64,000 nt of DNA from a virus (taxonomy: Duplodnaviria > Heunggongvirae > Uroviricota > Caudoviricetes). Where the stretch lies: IMG/VR virus record IMGVR_UViG_2778260992_000001. One strand, given 5' to 3'. The first letter of the stretch is position 1. Each line of letters begins with the position of its first letter. The notes beneath the pieces are model-generated. The model had not been told where the DNA came from, ran no database searches, and saw only the letters and a program-made list of their open reading frames with translations. Below, in pieces: positions 49,629-58,539 of the stretch. Position numbers and translations under genes: made by a program.

Positions 49629-50027
49629 ATGCATACTGCACTTAACGCATCTCGTTCTATTCAGACGATAAGAGACTGTACCAAGATGATCGCATCGGTT
49701 CCGTTGCGGTATTGGGATGACTCGCTCCAAATTCGTGAAATGAACAAACCAGGTATGCTTAAGGATCAGCGTTTCATCGTTAACCTTAAAAGTGACGTTG
49801 AAGAAGGCAAGTTTACCATCAAATTGTTTGCAGAAATGATGGTGCTCAACAATCGGTTACGTTTCCTTGTTAAGCCAGAAAAACAGTTTCCCGATGTTGT
49901 GCGTTGTGAACCGGATGCTTTCTATGAGATTGAAAGCAAAATAGCTAAATTTATCAAAGATAAATACCGCGTAGATGTTAAAATAGCGAAACTGGATTCA
50001 CCTACGGATATGCGGCTAGCGAACTAA
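49629..50027 (+). CDS. hypothetical protein
   Basis: ATG after AAGGTGGA; first gene of a two-gene unit. Confidence 0.5.
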   Translation: MHTALNASRSIQTIRDCTKMIASVPLRYWDDSLQIREMNKPGMLKDQRFIVNLKSDVEEGKFTIKLFAEMMVLNNRLRFLVKPEKQFPDVVRCEPDAFYEIESKIAKFIKDKYRVDVKIAKLDSPTDMRLAN

Positions 50028-50804
50028 ATGTCACCATCATTCATAGCAGAGTATTCAAAAGTACTGTCTGATTTCCCTGAATGTGAAACAAGAGAAAAAA
50101 TCAGAGTTGGCTACATGGTTAACTCTGATTTTTCTGTTTTACGACTCACAGAATGGTCCTTGACCGGTTCTAATTATGATTACTGTTTGACAGTGTCATT
50201 TGTAGGCGACCCTGATGCAGATTGGCTTCAAGAACATGCAATGGATCTTGACGAGCAGGGGTATTCAGAAGCAGAGATAGTTCATAGTGTTCGTGAGTTA
50301 GTTGGTGATGAGCAAGAAGATGATGACGGCATTCAGATCGCCAGGTTCGTCTACAAACGATTCCAGTTTCGCTCACAAAAAGGCTCTCATCTTGGGGTCC
50401 AGATTAAAGGGGCATTTGTAACCCCTTCAAAGGAACAAAAGGGACTTGCTAGAAGAGTTTACAATTTCCTTCTCAATTGGCATGACCATGTGGTATGTGA
50501 TGACCATCAGACGGTTTACGGTGCCAGAATTTGGGCGGTCGGTATGCTTCTGGTCGGGCGTGTCCAAATCTATGACAATTTAAACAAAGAATTTATAGAT
50601 GTCCTTGTTGAAGGTGGTATTGGGCAGAATGGCGTCAAACCGTGGGACGCGCTGCTATTGAGCAGCGAGGCCCAGTTACGTCACTGGAACCCTATGGCCG
50701 TCAGCATAGACCCATCTAGTCAGATTCTCGCCATCATCTCCAAAGAAGACCGTCACATTGAAGTGGGCGTTACAACTTTTGACGCCAGGTCTACCAACCA
50801 TTAA
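50028..50804 (+). CDS. hypothetical protein (258 aa)
   Basis: Start abuts previous stop; followed by strong terminator. Confidence 0.5.
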   Translation: MSPSFIAEYSKVLSDFPECETREKIRVGYMVNSDFSVLRLTEWSLTGSNYDYCLTVSFVGDPDADWLQEHAMDLDEQGYSEAEIVHSVRELVGDEQEDDDGIQIARFVYKRFQFRSQKGSHLGVQIKGAFVTPSKEQKGLARRVYNFLLNWHDHVVCDDHQTVYGARIWAVGMLLVGRVQIYDNLNKEFIDVLVEGGIGQNGVKPWDALLLSSEAQLRHWNPMAVSIDPSSQILAIISKEDRHIEVGVTTFDARSTNH

Positions 50805-50809
50805 TTCCT

Positions 50810-50831
50810 AAACCCGCTTCGGCGGGTTTTT
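50810..50831 (+). terminator. rho-independent terminator
   Basis: AAACCCGCTTCGGCGGGTTTTT. Confidence 0.8.
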
Positions 50832-50908
50832 GATGTTTCAGTTTCTTTATCAACCTACTAATTAACCTTTACACCGCAGCCGTAGGCATTTAGGCTATAT
50901 CACATATA

Positions 50909-50925
50909 AGAAAACAAGTTGTTTC
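50909..50925. promoter_or_regulatory. class-1 palindrome upstream of parA-like gene
   Basis: AGAAAACAAGTTGTTTC. Confidence 0.6.
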
Positions 50926-50959
50926 AGACGATAATTATATACGCAAAGGGAACTCTCCA

Positions 50960-51628
50960 ATGACCAAGATCTTTGTGGTTGGCGGCACAAAGGGCGGGCC
51001 TGGCAAATCCACCGTTGCCCAGCAAATTGCCGTTTGCCTGAAAGTCAAAAAGAAGAAGAAGGTTTATATCACTGATATAGATATTCAGCGCACGACAACA
51101 AGCTGGTGTGAAGACCGTCGACAGAACGAAGACCTTGAGCTGATTCCTTTTGCATACGTTCAGGATGACATCATTAAGCACCTAAAATCGCTTCAGGGTA
51201 GAGCTGAGTTTGTAGTGGTAGATGCTGGTGGCTTTGACTCCGAAATTCAGCGACAAGCGATGCTGATGGCCGACGTTATCATTATCCCGCTGCGTCCTAA
51301 GCGTCGTGATTTGAAATCTTTACGTGACATCGATCCTATTATCGACAATGTTCGTAATGTAAACGATAAAGTGAAGGTCCGCGCGGTCATGAACCAGTGC
51401 CCGGCTTTGCCATCACAAGTGTCTCGCATTTTGGCGGCTAAAGAGATTGTCGAGACGTTTGGCATCGAGTCTGCGCCAGTCAATTTATATAACCGCAACG
51501 TCTATGATGATGCGGAAGAGTCTGGTCGTTCTATCTTTGAAATGACCGGTAGCGAGCGCGACAAAAAGGCGGAAGCCGAGTTTGAAGAATTTGTAGATTA
51601 TCTGTTGAGTCTGGAGGAAGAAGAATAA
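50960..51628 (+). CDS. ParA/MinD-family partition ATPase
   Basis: Deviant Walker A GGTKGGPGKST; 222 aa; followed by small overlapping gene. Confidence 0.8.
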   Translation: MTKIFVVGGTKGGPGKSTVAQQIAVCLKVKKKKKVYITDIDIQRTTTSWCEDRRQNEDLELIPFAYVQDDIIKHLKSLQGRAEFVVVDAGGFDSEIQRQAMLMADVIIIPLRPKRRDLKSLRDIDPIIDNVRNVNDKVKVRAVMNQCPALPSQVSRILAAKEIVETFGIESAPVNLYNRNVYDDAEESGRSIFEMTGSERDKKAEAEFEEFVDYLLSLEEEE

Positions 51629-51987
51629 TGTCCATGAAAATGGGTGACCTAGCAAAGCGCAAAGAGCCTGATGCACCGGCTAAGAACACAACTCCTTTGC
51701 GCCAACCAGTCAGACCACAGGGACGCCCGACTCGTGGCAAAGAGAAAATTAAAAGCCGCACAATGTCACTGGAGGACGAATACTTCGAACTGCTGGAGAT
51801 GATGAAGTTCATCCCTCGCTTCGAGAAGTTCACTCGTTCTGACGTGATTCGAGCAGCCATTTTCCATCTGGCAGAGAAGTCACCGCAGGAAATCGAGGAC
51901 ATCGTGAAATTGAATGAGGCGATCACCGCTGCCGATGTCACGATGCGTACCGATGAAATCAAACGAGAGTTGATGAAGAAAGGTTAA
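51628..51987 (+). CDS. ParG-like ribbon-helix-helix centromere-binding protein (putative)
   Basis: 119 aa, basic Pro/Arg-rich N-terminal tail, C-terminal RHH-like segment; start overlaps parA stop. Confidence 0.5.
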   Translation: MSMKMGDLAKRKEPDAPAKNTTPLRQPVRPQGRPTRGKEKIKSRTMSLEDEYFELLEMMKFIPRFEKFTRSDVIRAAIFHLAEKSPQEIEDIVKLNEAITAADVTMRTDEIKRELMKKG

Positions 51988-51990
51988 AAA

Positions 51991-52025
51991 TCATGCATTG
52001 GCGCAATGTACGCGCCAATGCATGA
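51991..52025. terminator. perfect 14-bp inverted repeat TCATGCATTGGCGC-N7-GCGCCAATGCATGA
   Basis: Between convergent parG-like and GIY-YIG genes; terminator or protein-binding site. Confidence 0.55.
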
Positions 52026-52039
52026 GTACAATGTCAGTT

Positions 52040-52807
52040 TTATGCCGCGCTAACACTATGTTCAGTCCTAACCACTCCAACCTTCACAAAAGGGCTACCG
52101 TAGCTTGGTGGCTTCTTGATTAATTTGCCAACATACAGTTTTCTAATATGCTCATCGGCTATTCTGCCAACAAATTCATAACGTTTTGTGTCGGGGCCAA
52201 GAGCTATATCCCTTGTAAAGTACTGCTGAGAACCGGCTTTGACCCAGCATTCAATCTGATAAACTTCCATTATCAGCCCACCATATGTAGCGTAGGCATA
52301 TTTGAGATTCTCGTCTCTTGGAACCTTTGCCCATACGCCACGCGTAGCTTCATATAATGCCAGAGCGGACATTCCTGACTTGTAGGTGCTGTTTAGCAGG
52401 AAGGCAAGACCGGCGTGCTCAGGAGCAATTTCAGTTTCCTCTTGCAGCACTAAGTGATGGTAGGCGTCCAGTGATATTCTGCCCATCATGGAACCACTTC
52501 CTCGTACCTTATTCGTAAGCTCTCCGACCCCCATAAGGTCGATGCATGTCGCCTCAACAAGTTTGGCTGTGGTTTCATCCATACCATGACGAAGTATATC
52601 TATGCCTAATTTTTTATTAGCCAAAAGTTCTTTGATCCGCATGGATTTGGGAGAGTCATCGGGATACTTGATGTGATCGAGACAACGAGTCGATTTGCCT
52701 TTTCCTATGTAAAACGGTCTTTTCATCTTGTCTTCTGTATCATAGAGACAGTAAACATAGTATTTAGCCTTATCCAATGATCTCGCGTATACCGATAAAT
52801 CGTCCAT
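52040..52807 (-). CDS. GIY-YIG nuclease-domain protein (possible homing endonuclease)
   Basis: N-terminal YVYCLYD..(11)..PFYIGKGK motif; opposite strand to neighbours. Confidence 0.6.
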   Translation of the reverse strand: MDDLSVYARSLDKAKYYVYCLYDTEDKMKRPFYIGKGKSTRCLDHIKYPDDSPKSMRIKELLANKKLGIDILRHGMDETTAKLVEATCIDLMGVGELTNKVRGSGSMMGRISLDAYHHLVLQEETEIAPEHAGLAFLLNSTYKSGMSALALYEATRGVWAKVPRDENLKYAYATYGGLIMEVYQIECWVKAGSQQYFTRDIALGPDTKRYEFVGRIADEHIRKLYVGKLIKKPPSYGSPFVKVGVVRTEHSVSAA

Positions 52808-52918
52808 TATTGCATCTCTTAGCTACTGACTAATGCGTTCTATTTTACACATAAGTTTTTAATCAATTTAACAGGCTCAAAGTGTAGAGCTTCTGGGCGT
52901 CTAAGACGACAAGTTATG

Positions 52919-52973
52919 CCTGCTTCTGTATATATTTAATAAGTTACTTATTATTTATATATACAGAAGCAGG
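52919..52973. repeat. 55-bp near-palindromic element, copy B (inverted copy of A)
   Basis: CCTGCTTCTGTATATATTTAATAAGTTACTTATTATTTATATATACAGAAGCAGG. Confidence 0.8.
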
Positions 52974-53058
52974 TCTTTTAAAAAGACACCCACCAGAACA
53001 ACTCCCTTCCGTTTCCACTTCCAAAAACTGTCACCAGTCGCTATCATCCGCTCATTGT

Positions 53059-53080
53059 GATAAGTAAGTAACTACCTACC
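53059..53080. promoter_or_regulatory. class-2 element
   Basis: GATAAGTAAGTAACTACCTACC upstream of ORF 53092. Confidence 0.45.
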
Positions 53081-53091
53081 AGGTGAGCCAC

Positions 53092-53832
53092 ATGAGCCAA
53101 ATCTTTTTTGATACCATTGACAACGACCAGTACGACTTCATGACAGAGTGGAATACCGCTGTTATGGACAAGTGGGTCGCTGAAAACATTGGTTTGTCGC
53201 GCTGCAAAGACGAGGCTGAACTCTTCGAGACGAAGTGGTTTGATTACCGCGATATGCATCCTCTCATGGCCACCTGTCTTTTTACGGAGGCATACAAACG
53301 TCAGTACTCAAATATCATGCTGACGCACGGTCGCGAACACTTTGAAACAGCTCCGTTCACCACCGGGTTAAAACGCCTGCCTTATCAGGAGTTGTCGACT
53401 GCCAATAAAACGTCTCTATGGAAAGCACGCCAGTTTGCTGACCGCTATTGCTGCTCATACGACTACTTTATCTCCACCGTTCTTTCCGCAGCTGCACGAC
53501 GGCTGTGGGACAAGCTGCCGCGCCCACAGCATTTATGGCAGCCAGAGCTGATTGAGATATTCGAAGAGAAATTAGCCAGACGCGCAACAACCCGTCTGGA
53601 TGACTCTCTCGTTAGCTTTAAGCATATGGGAGACATGCAGTTCAACCCGATTCAGGAAAGCTATTTTGAGTGGATTCTGGAGCGTTTACGCACCATCCCC
53701 CGCAGCAAGCGCATACGCGCAATTTTCTCCGCTATCTGGCTAATGGAAATCGTTCCAGAGCGCCTTATTTCCGCCCACTTTCCAGAAGAACTGGAAGAAG
53801 CACGGCGGTTTATTGATCCCCTATCTAATTAA
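53092..53832 (+). CDS. hypothetical protein (possible replication initiation or helicase-loading role)
   Basis: ATG 53092; function guessed only from position before DnaB-like helicase. Confidence 0.45.
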   Translation: MSQIFFDTIDNDQYDFMTEWNTAVMDKWVAENIGLSRCKDEAELFETKWFDYRDMHPLMATCLFTEAYKRQYSNIMLTHGREHFETAPFTTGLKRLPYQELSTANKTSLWKARQFADRYCCSYDYFISTVLSAAARRLWDKLPRPQHLWQPELIEIFEEKLARRATTRLDDSLVSFKHMGDMQFNPIQESYFEWILERLRTIPRSKRIRAIFSAIWLMEIVPERLISAHFPEELEEARRFIDPLSN

Positions 53833-53840
53833 CTAATACT

Positions 53841-53857
53841 AGAAAACAATTTGTTTA
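53841..53857. promoter_or_regulatory. class-1 palindrome
   Basis: AGAAAACAATTTGTTTA, 19 nt upstream of helicase start. Confidence 0.6.
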
Positions 53858-53875
53858 AAAAACAAAGGAAAGCAC

Positions 53876-55216
53876 ATGACCGAACTTTGCCATACAGGAC
53901 GCGGGCTGTCCGAAGAGTTTGATGAAGATTTCCAGAACAGACTGACGGCATATTTTTGTCGTGATCACGAGTTTCTTACTCGTGCGGGAGATCTGGTTGT
54001 GCCTAGCCAATTTGCCAATGCGGCCAATGCCATATTGGTTAATATGGTTTCGGGCTATTACCGTATGTACAAGAGCGCGCCCTCTTCATCTGCAATTCTG
54101 GATATGCTTAAGCGTGCGAAACGCGATAAGACTATCCGTGAGGAACTATTCGCCGATGTTGTTGCTGCGTTTAAGCGCATCCTTGCAGAAAAATTGTCCG
54201 ATACCTCGTACATGGTTGACCAGGTATCAACCTTCGCAAAAAGCGTAGCGTTTGATGATGCTCTGATTAAGGCTGCTGAACTGAAAGAGAAGGGCGACTT
54301 TCAGGGGGCGATGGCAATCATGGCCAAGGTTCAGCAGATTGGATCGAATGAAGCGACCGGAATCTATGACTACTACACCTCCGCAAGTGAGCGATTGAAA
54401 GCGCGTGAATATGAGGCTTCAGAGGAGTATGTACCAAACAGTATTACAACTGGACTCCCTCTTCTCGATAGGTTGCTGTACCAAAAAGGCTGGGCAAAGC
54501 GCGAAATGGTGCTCTTCATGGGGTTCGCTAAATCCGGTAAATCGACCGCAATGGGTGAGTTTTCCATAAACGCAACGCTTGCTGGCTACAATGTTCTGTA
54601 TCTCTCGCTGGAGGTTCACACCAACATTTTGTCCGATCGTTTTGATGCAAGATTGTCGGAGACGGAAATGTCCAAGCTGGTGGAACGGCGCGATGAAGTT
54701 CATCGTAAGTTGGCAGAGTTGGGAGCCACGAAGGGGATTGGTAGTTTGTGGGTTGTTGAGCGTCCGTCAGGAAGTATGTCACCGGCAGATCTGGACCGTA
54801 TGCTTAACAGCATGAAAGCCAATGGCATGGTGCCTGACATGGTTGTTGTCGACTACGCAGATTTGATGCGTGCCAGTTATGACCTTCGTGATGATCGCGC
54901 CAATATTCGTAGTATCTACACCGATTTACGTGCTCTTTATGACAAACATAACGTTGCTGGGATCACGGCATCGCAGACAAACCGTGAAGGTGGCGCGTCA
55001 GAAGTTGCCACAATGATGCACGCTGCCGACAACATCGAAAAAGTACGTATTGCTGACCTGGTAATAACGATCAACAAAACCGAAGAAGAAGAAGCGAAAG
55101 GAGAGGCTCGTCTCTACTTTGCTGGTTCGCGTAACCAGCAGGGAGGGATCAGCATTCGCGTTAAACAAAACCTCGAACAAATGCGCTTCATTGAGCGAAT
55201 CTTAGACGTTACCTAA
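53876..55216 (+). CDS. DnaB-like replicative helicase
   Basis: C-terminal RecA-like domain with Walker A GFAKSGKST and DnaB-type downstream motifs; 446 aa. Confidence 0.75.
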   Translation: MTELCHTGRGLSEEFDEDFQNRLTAYFCRDHEFLTRAGDLVVPSQFANAANAILVNMVSGYYRMYKSAPSSSAILDMLKRAKRDKTIREELFADVVAAFKRILAEKLSDTSYMVDQVSTFAKSVAFDDALIKAAELKEKGDFQGAMAIMAKVQQIGSNEATGIYDYYTSASERLKAREYEASEEYVPNSITTGLPLLDRLLYQKGWAKREMVLFMGFAKSGKSTAMGEFSINATLAGYNVLYLSLEVHTNILSDRFDARLSETEMSKLVERRDEVHRKLAELGATKGIGSLWVVERPSGSMSPADLDRMLNSMKANGMVPDMVVVDYADLMRASYDLRDDRANIRSIYTDLRALYDKHNVAGITASQTNREGGASEVATMMHAADNIEKVRIADLVITINKTEEEEAKGEARLYFAGSRNQQGGISIRVKQNLEQMRFIERILDVT

Positions 55217-55220
55217 AAAA

Positions 55221-55247
55221 TAAGCGTGGAGAACACCTCCACGCTTG
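55221..55247 (+). terminator. hairpin AAGCGTGGAG-AACA-CCTCCACGCTT
   Basis: 10-bp stem right after helicase stop; weak U-tract. Confidence 0.5.
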
Positions 55248-55297
55248 ATTCATTGGTGAAACAACTTTTCTTTTGCCAAACCACAAAAGAAAAACAC

Positions 55298-56479
55298 ATG
55301 AGCCTTTATGTTATATCAACATTTAGGTTGGTCACAATATTGCCTGTTAAAAGTGGAATTATCGTGAGCGAGCTGAAAGAGCTAATTACCGAATTAGATT
55401 TTGAACAATGGTTGGATACTGAAGGTATCGTTTATCGACGTGGAGGCGTGAGTGCTCGCGGTCGTGAAGTGAATATCAAGGAGTGTCCGGTATGCGGCAG
55501 CTCCAACTGGAAGGTATATTTCAATCTGACCAGTGGCGTCGGTAAATGCTTCGCTGGTGATCATCCCGAAGAGATTCAGTTCAATAAGCTGGTCTTCCTC
55601 AAGCACTACAGCGGCAAATCACGACGACAGTTCGAGGAATATGTGCAGAACGCTCTTCTTTCCCAGGGGTGGGCACCAAAGAAAGAAGAGATAGTGCTTG
55701 CAAGCACAGTCGAGTTAGAGGGACCACTTGCACTCCCTCGTCATTACGAACTTCCTATAGATGGCCGTCTTCCAGACTATCTGGTTGAACGAAACATATC
55801 GCCTGAAATGGCAAAGTATTTTGACCTACGATACTGCGTCGAAGGCAAGCACGCTTATGTTGATCCGTATACAGATCAGGTTAAAGGACAGATATTCGAT
55901 ATGCGAATACTGATACCGGTTTACGATCTGGATGGGGTAATGAAGACATTTCAGGGGCGAGACATTACCGGTACAGCTGAACGTCGCTACCTCTTTCCTA
56001 TGCAGCTTCCAGCTTCAGGTAAGTTTCTCTACAACGGCCATAATGCGCTCGGCAAACAGACTGTAGTTGTCTGTGAGGGGGCGTTCGATGTTATGGGGGT
56101 TAAACGAGCTATTTTTGATGAAGAAACATTACGTGATTACGTGGAACCGATAGGAACGTTCGGGATGCATCTATCTGGCAACACCACTCAGGATGCAGAA
56201 GATCAGTTGGGCGCGTTCCTGACGCTCAAGGCGCGTGGATTACGTAATGTGATCATGATGTGGGATAGTGAAAAGCAAGCTATACGCAACACGATGGCCG
56301 CAGCCAGGCGATTGACCAGTATTGGTCTTAATGTCAAAGTTGCGTGTTTGGGCGAGGAAGGACTCGACCCCGGCGATGCGACACCGGGGCAGATTATCAA
56401 AGCCTACTATTGCGCAAAACCTTACTCACGACAGCTTGAACTTTTAAGCAAGGTAAAAGGTATAGCAGCATTAGTTTGA
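55298..56479 (+). CDS. DnaG-type DNA primase (zinc ribbon plus TOPRIM)
   Basis: CPVCGSS..(17)..KCFAGDH zinc-binding motif; TOPRIM-like VVVCEGAFDVMG and MMWDSE; start uncertain (ATG 55298 or GTG 55364). Confidence 0.7.
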   Translation: MSLYVISTFRLVTILPVKSGIIVSELKELITELDFEQWLDTEGIVYRRGGVSARGREVNIKECPVCGSSNWKVYFNLTSGVGKCFAGDHPEEIQFNKLVFLKHYSGKSRRQFEEYVQNALLSQGWAPKKEEIVLASTVELEGPLALPRHYELPIDGRLPDYLVERNISPEMAKYFDLRYCVEGKHAYVDPYTDQVKGQIFDMRILIPVYDLDGVMKTFQGRDITGTAERRYLFPMQLPASGKFLYNGHNALGKQTVVVCEGAFDVMGVKRAIFDEETLRDYVEPIGTFGMHLSGNTTQDAEDQLGAFLTLKARGLRNVIMMWDSEKQAIRNTMAAARRLTSIGLNVKVACLGEEGLDPGDATPGQIIKAYYCAKPYSRQLELLSKVKGIAALV

Positions 56480-57508
56480 ACCAGTATTAGTCACGTAAAC
56501 ATTGACCGAAAATGATTTAACTTCTGTGTTGAAGTTGTCAGTCATTACCGCGAGGTAGGCATTCTTGGTATCTCTGAATTGCTTCAGGATGATTTGAACG
56601 TTATCGGTGCAAACAAACGAGGTAGCCAGATTGCCTCCTTTCTCTGAAAAATCCTTTAGGAAAGTGCAGTCAATTTTGCCATCATTAGCGGTGAAGGTGG
56701 CATCATCACCCTGCCAGGTAAATGTTGCGTTAACGCCTTTATCAATGGATTTAGCAATAAGTCGTTGAGTGGAGGATTTTGCTTTAGATCTTGCTGCTGA
56801 TGGTTGGTATTTACCGCTTTCTTTTAGTTCTGCAATGTAATCACAGCCATTTTTATCTTCTTTATCGCAAGCTGCCTGATAAAGCTCAGCTGCTTTTTTA
56901 TAATCTTTTTTAACCCCTTCACCATACTCATACATAATGCCAAGATTCGCCAATGCAGATGCACTGCCTAGTTCGATTCCTTTTTTATAATACTCTATTG
57001 CCTTTTTGTAGCTTTTTGGCACGCCTGCGCCAACATAATATAACTGTCCTAAATATGACGCAGATTCAGGGTCGCCAGCCTCTACTGCAAGTTTGTGATA
57101 TTTCAGGGAAAGTTTTTGGTCTTTCTTACCCGCAAGTCCTTTATGATAAATAACACCCAGATTGTGATAAGAGTTGCCTCCAGCTGCATCACCAGCTTTC
57201 TTAAAGAGTTCCTCTGCCTTTTTGAAATTTTTATCAACCCCATACCCAAGGGCATACATTATACCTAGAGCATTAAACGCTTCTTTGTTCCCCTTAGAAG
57301 TCGCCAGTTCAAGCCATTTTCTGGCTTCATCGTAGTTTTTTTCGACACCATGAATACCTTTCATATAGTCGATACCTAAAGCACTCTGTGACTCAACGTC
57401 GCCTGCTTTTGCCGCATCGATCAGCTTTTGTATTTCATAGGCATGTGCACTCCCCGAAACAAGTAATAGCGACAACATAAAGAAAGATATTGGTTTGAAA
57501 TGTTTCAT
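56471..57508 (-). CDS. secreted Sel1-like repeat (SLR) protein
   Basis: Signal peptide MKHFKPISFFMLSLLLVSGSAHA; repeated A-x-x-LG-x-xY..G-x-GV..K/D..A-x-x-WY-like units; extra C-terminal domain. Confidence 0.7.
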   Translation of the reverse strand: MKHFKPISFFMLSLLLVSGSAHAYEIQKLIDAAKAGDVESQSALGIDYMKGIHGVEKNYDEARKWLELATSKGNKEAFNALGIMYALGYGVDKNFKKAEELFKKAGDAAGGNSYHNLGVIYHKGLAGKKDQKLSLKYHKLAVEAGDPESASYLGQLYYVGAGVPKSYKKAIEYYKKGIELGSASALANLGIMYEYGEGVKKDYKKAAELYQAACDKEDKNGCDYIAELKESGKYQPSAARSKAKSSTQRLIAKSIDKGVNATFTWQGDDATFTANDGKIDCTFLKDFSEKGGNLATSFVCTDNVQIILKQFRDTKNAYLAVMTDNFNTEVKSFSVNVYVTNTGSN

Positions 57509-57627
57509 TTTTGGATTTTCACAAGATGGTTAGGTGGTTGTGGCTACTCGGTGTAAGGCTTTGTAATCACCGATTGGTAAGGTTACTTCAATTTAGCTTA
57601 ACTGTCAGCATACCCAATCGCCGAAAA

Positions 57628-57649
57628 GATAAGTAGATGATTACTTATT
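57628..57649. promoter_or_regulatory. class-2 palindrome
   Basis: GATAAGTAGATGATTACTTATT upstream of ORF 57690. Confidence 0.5.
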
Positions 57650-57689
57650 AGTGTGTAAGAATACTGCCATCTGTTAGCTAGGAGTTGGT

Positions 57690-58472
57690 ATGAAAGACGA
57701 AATTCAGAAATTAGCCTGCGACATCATTGATAAAACTGGTTTAGAAATCAGCGAGAGCAATCGGCTAGACATCATTGAAAAAGCCGTCAATACGGCAATG
57801 GCTCATATCGCCACTCGTTTAGTCGAGATCCCGCTACCGGGGCTACCTTATCTGAAGGTTAAGTTGCGCGTATGGGGCGAACCTGCACATGCACGACGTT
57901 CTGCATTAGTTGTTTTTGTACGCAAAGAAAACTTACGAACTCTAAAAGTGCAGGTTGGGGCGTGGTTTGATGGCAGAGTCATCTATACAGATACCATTAT
58001 CTGTCCTCCAGGTGACGAACATATTGAAGCCGTCATTCGAGAATCAATTCGAGCTATGCGCAGTTTAGCTTTGCTGGAAGACAAGCAAAACTTTGAAGAT
58101 TACTTGCTGTCGGTAAAAGCTGAACCAACATTGTCTCTGAAAGCCGATTTCGTCACCCCGACAAATCTGTTGGAGGTTTTGATTAATAAAGGGGCTAATG
58201 ATGCTGTAAACCTAATCAGGGAGAGCGAATATTCGACTCTTTGCGACATGTGCAAAAGCCAGTTGGATCTTGTGCATATCATTGTTGATGCGGGGAAGGC
58301 GTGTGATGGCGTAATGGCGGAATTTGCTGGGAAGATGGTCAGGATTGCTAACGAATTACCGATGATAGAGCAAGAGGCCAAATCATACGCCACCAATCAT
58401 GTCACAGAGCTTCTTGCCCCCTATCGCTTAGAAAGCGATCAGCGCAAGATGATTAGCTGGGGAAGTTGGTAA
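57690..58472 (+). CDS. hypothetical protein
   Basis: ATG after AGGAG. Confidence 0.5.
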   Translation: MKDEIQKLACDIIDKTGLEISESNRLDIIEKAVNTAMAHIATRLVEIPLPGLPYLKVKLRVWGEPAHARRSALVVFVRKENLRTLKVQVGAWFDGRVIYTDTIICPPGDEHIEAVIRESIRAMRSLALLEDKQNFEDYLLSVKAEPTLSLKADFVTPTNLLEVLINKGANDAVNLIRESEYSTLCDMCKSQLDLVHIIVDAGKACDGVMAEFAGKMVRIANELPMIEQEAKSYATNHVTELLAPYRLESDQRKMISWGSW

Positions 58473-58539
58473 GCTCTCTGTGTGTCGTTTTTTACGCAAA
58501 TAATGATAGGTAAGCACAAGATTATTTCTGGCGGTAATT

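Noticed and set aside
52919-52973. LexA box within 55-bp element B (CTGT ... ACAG)
   Set aside because: CTGT and ACAG are about 36 bp apart rather than the 8-bp spacing LexA requires.
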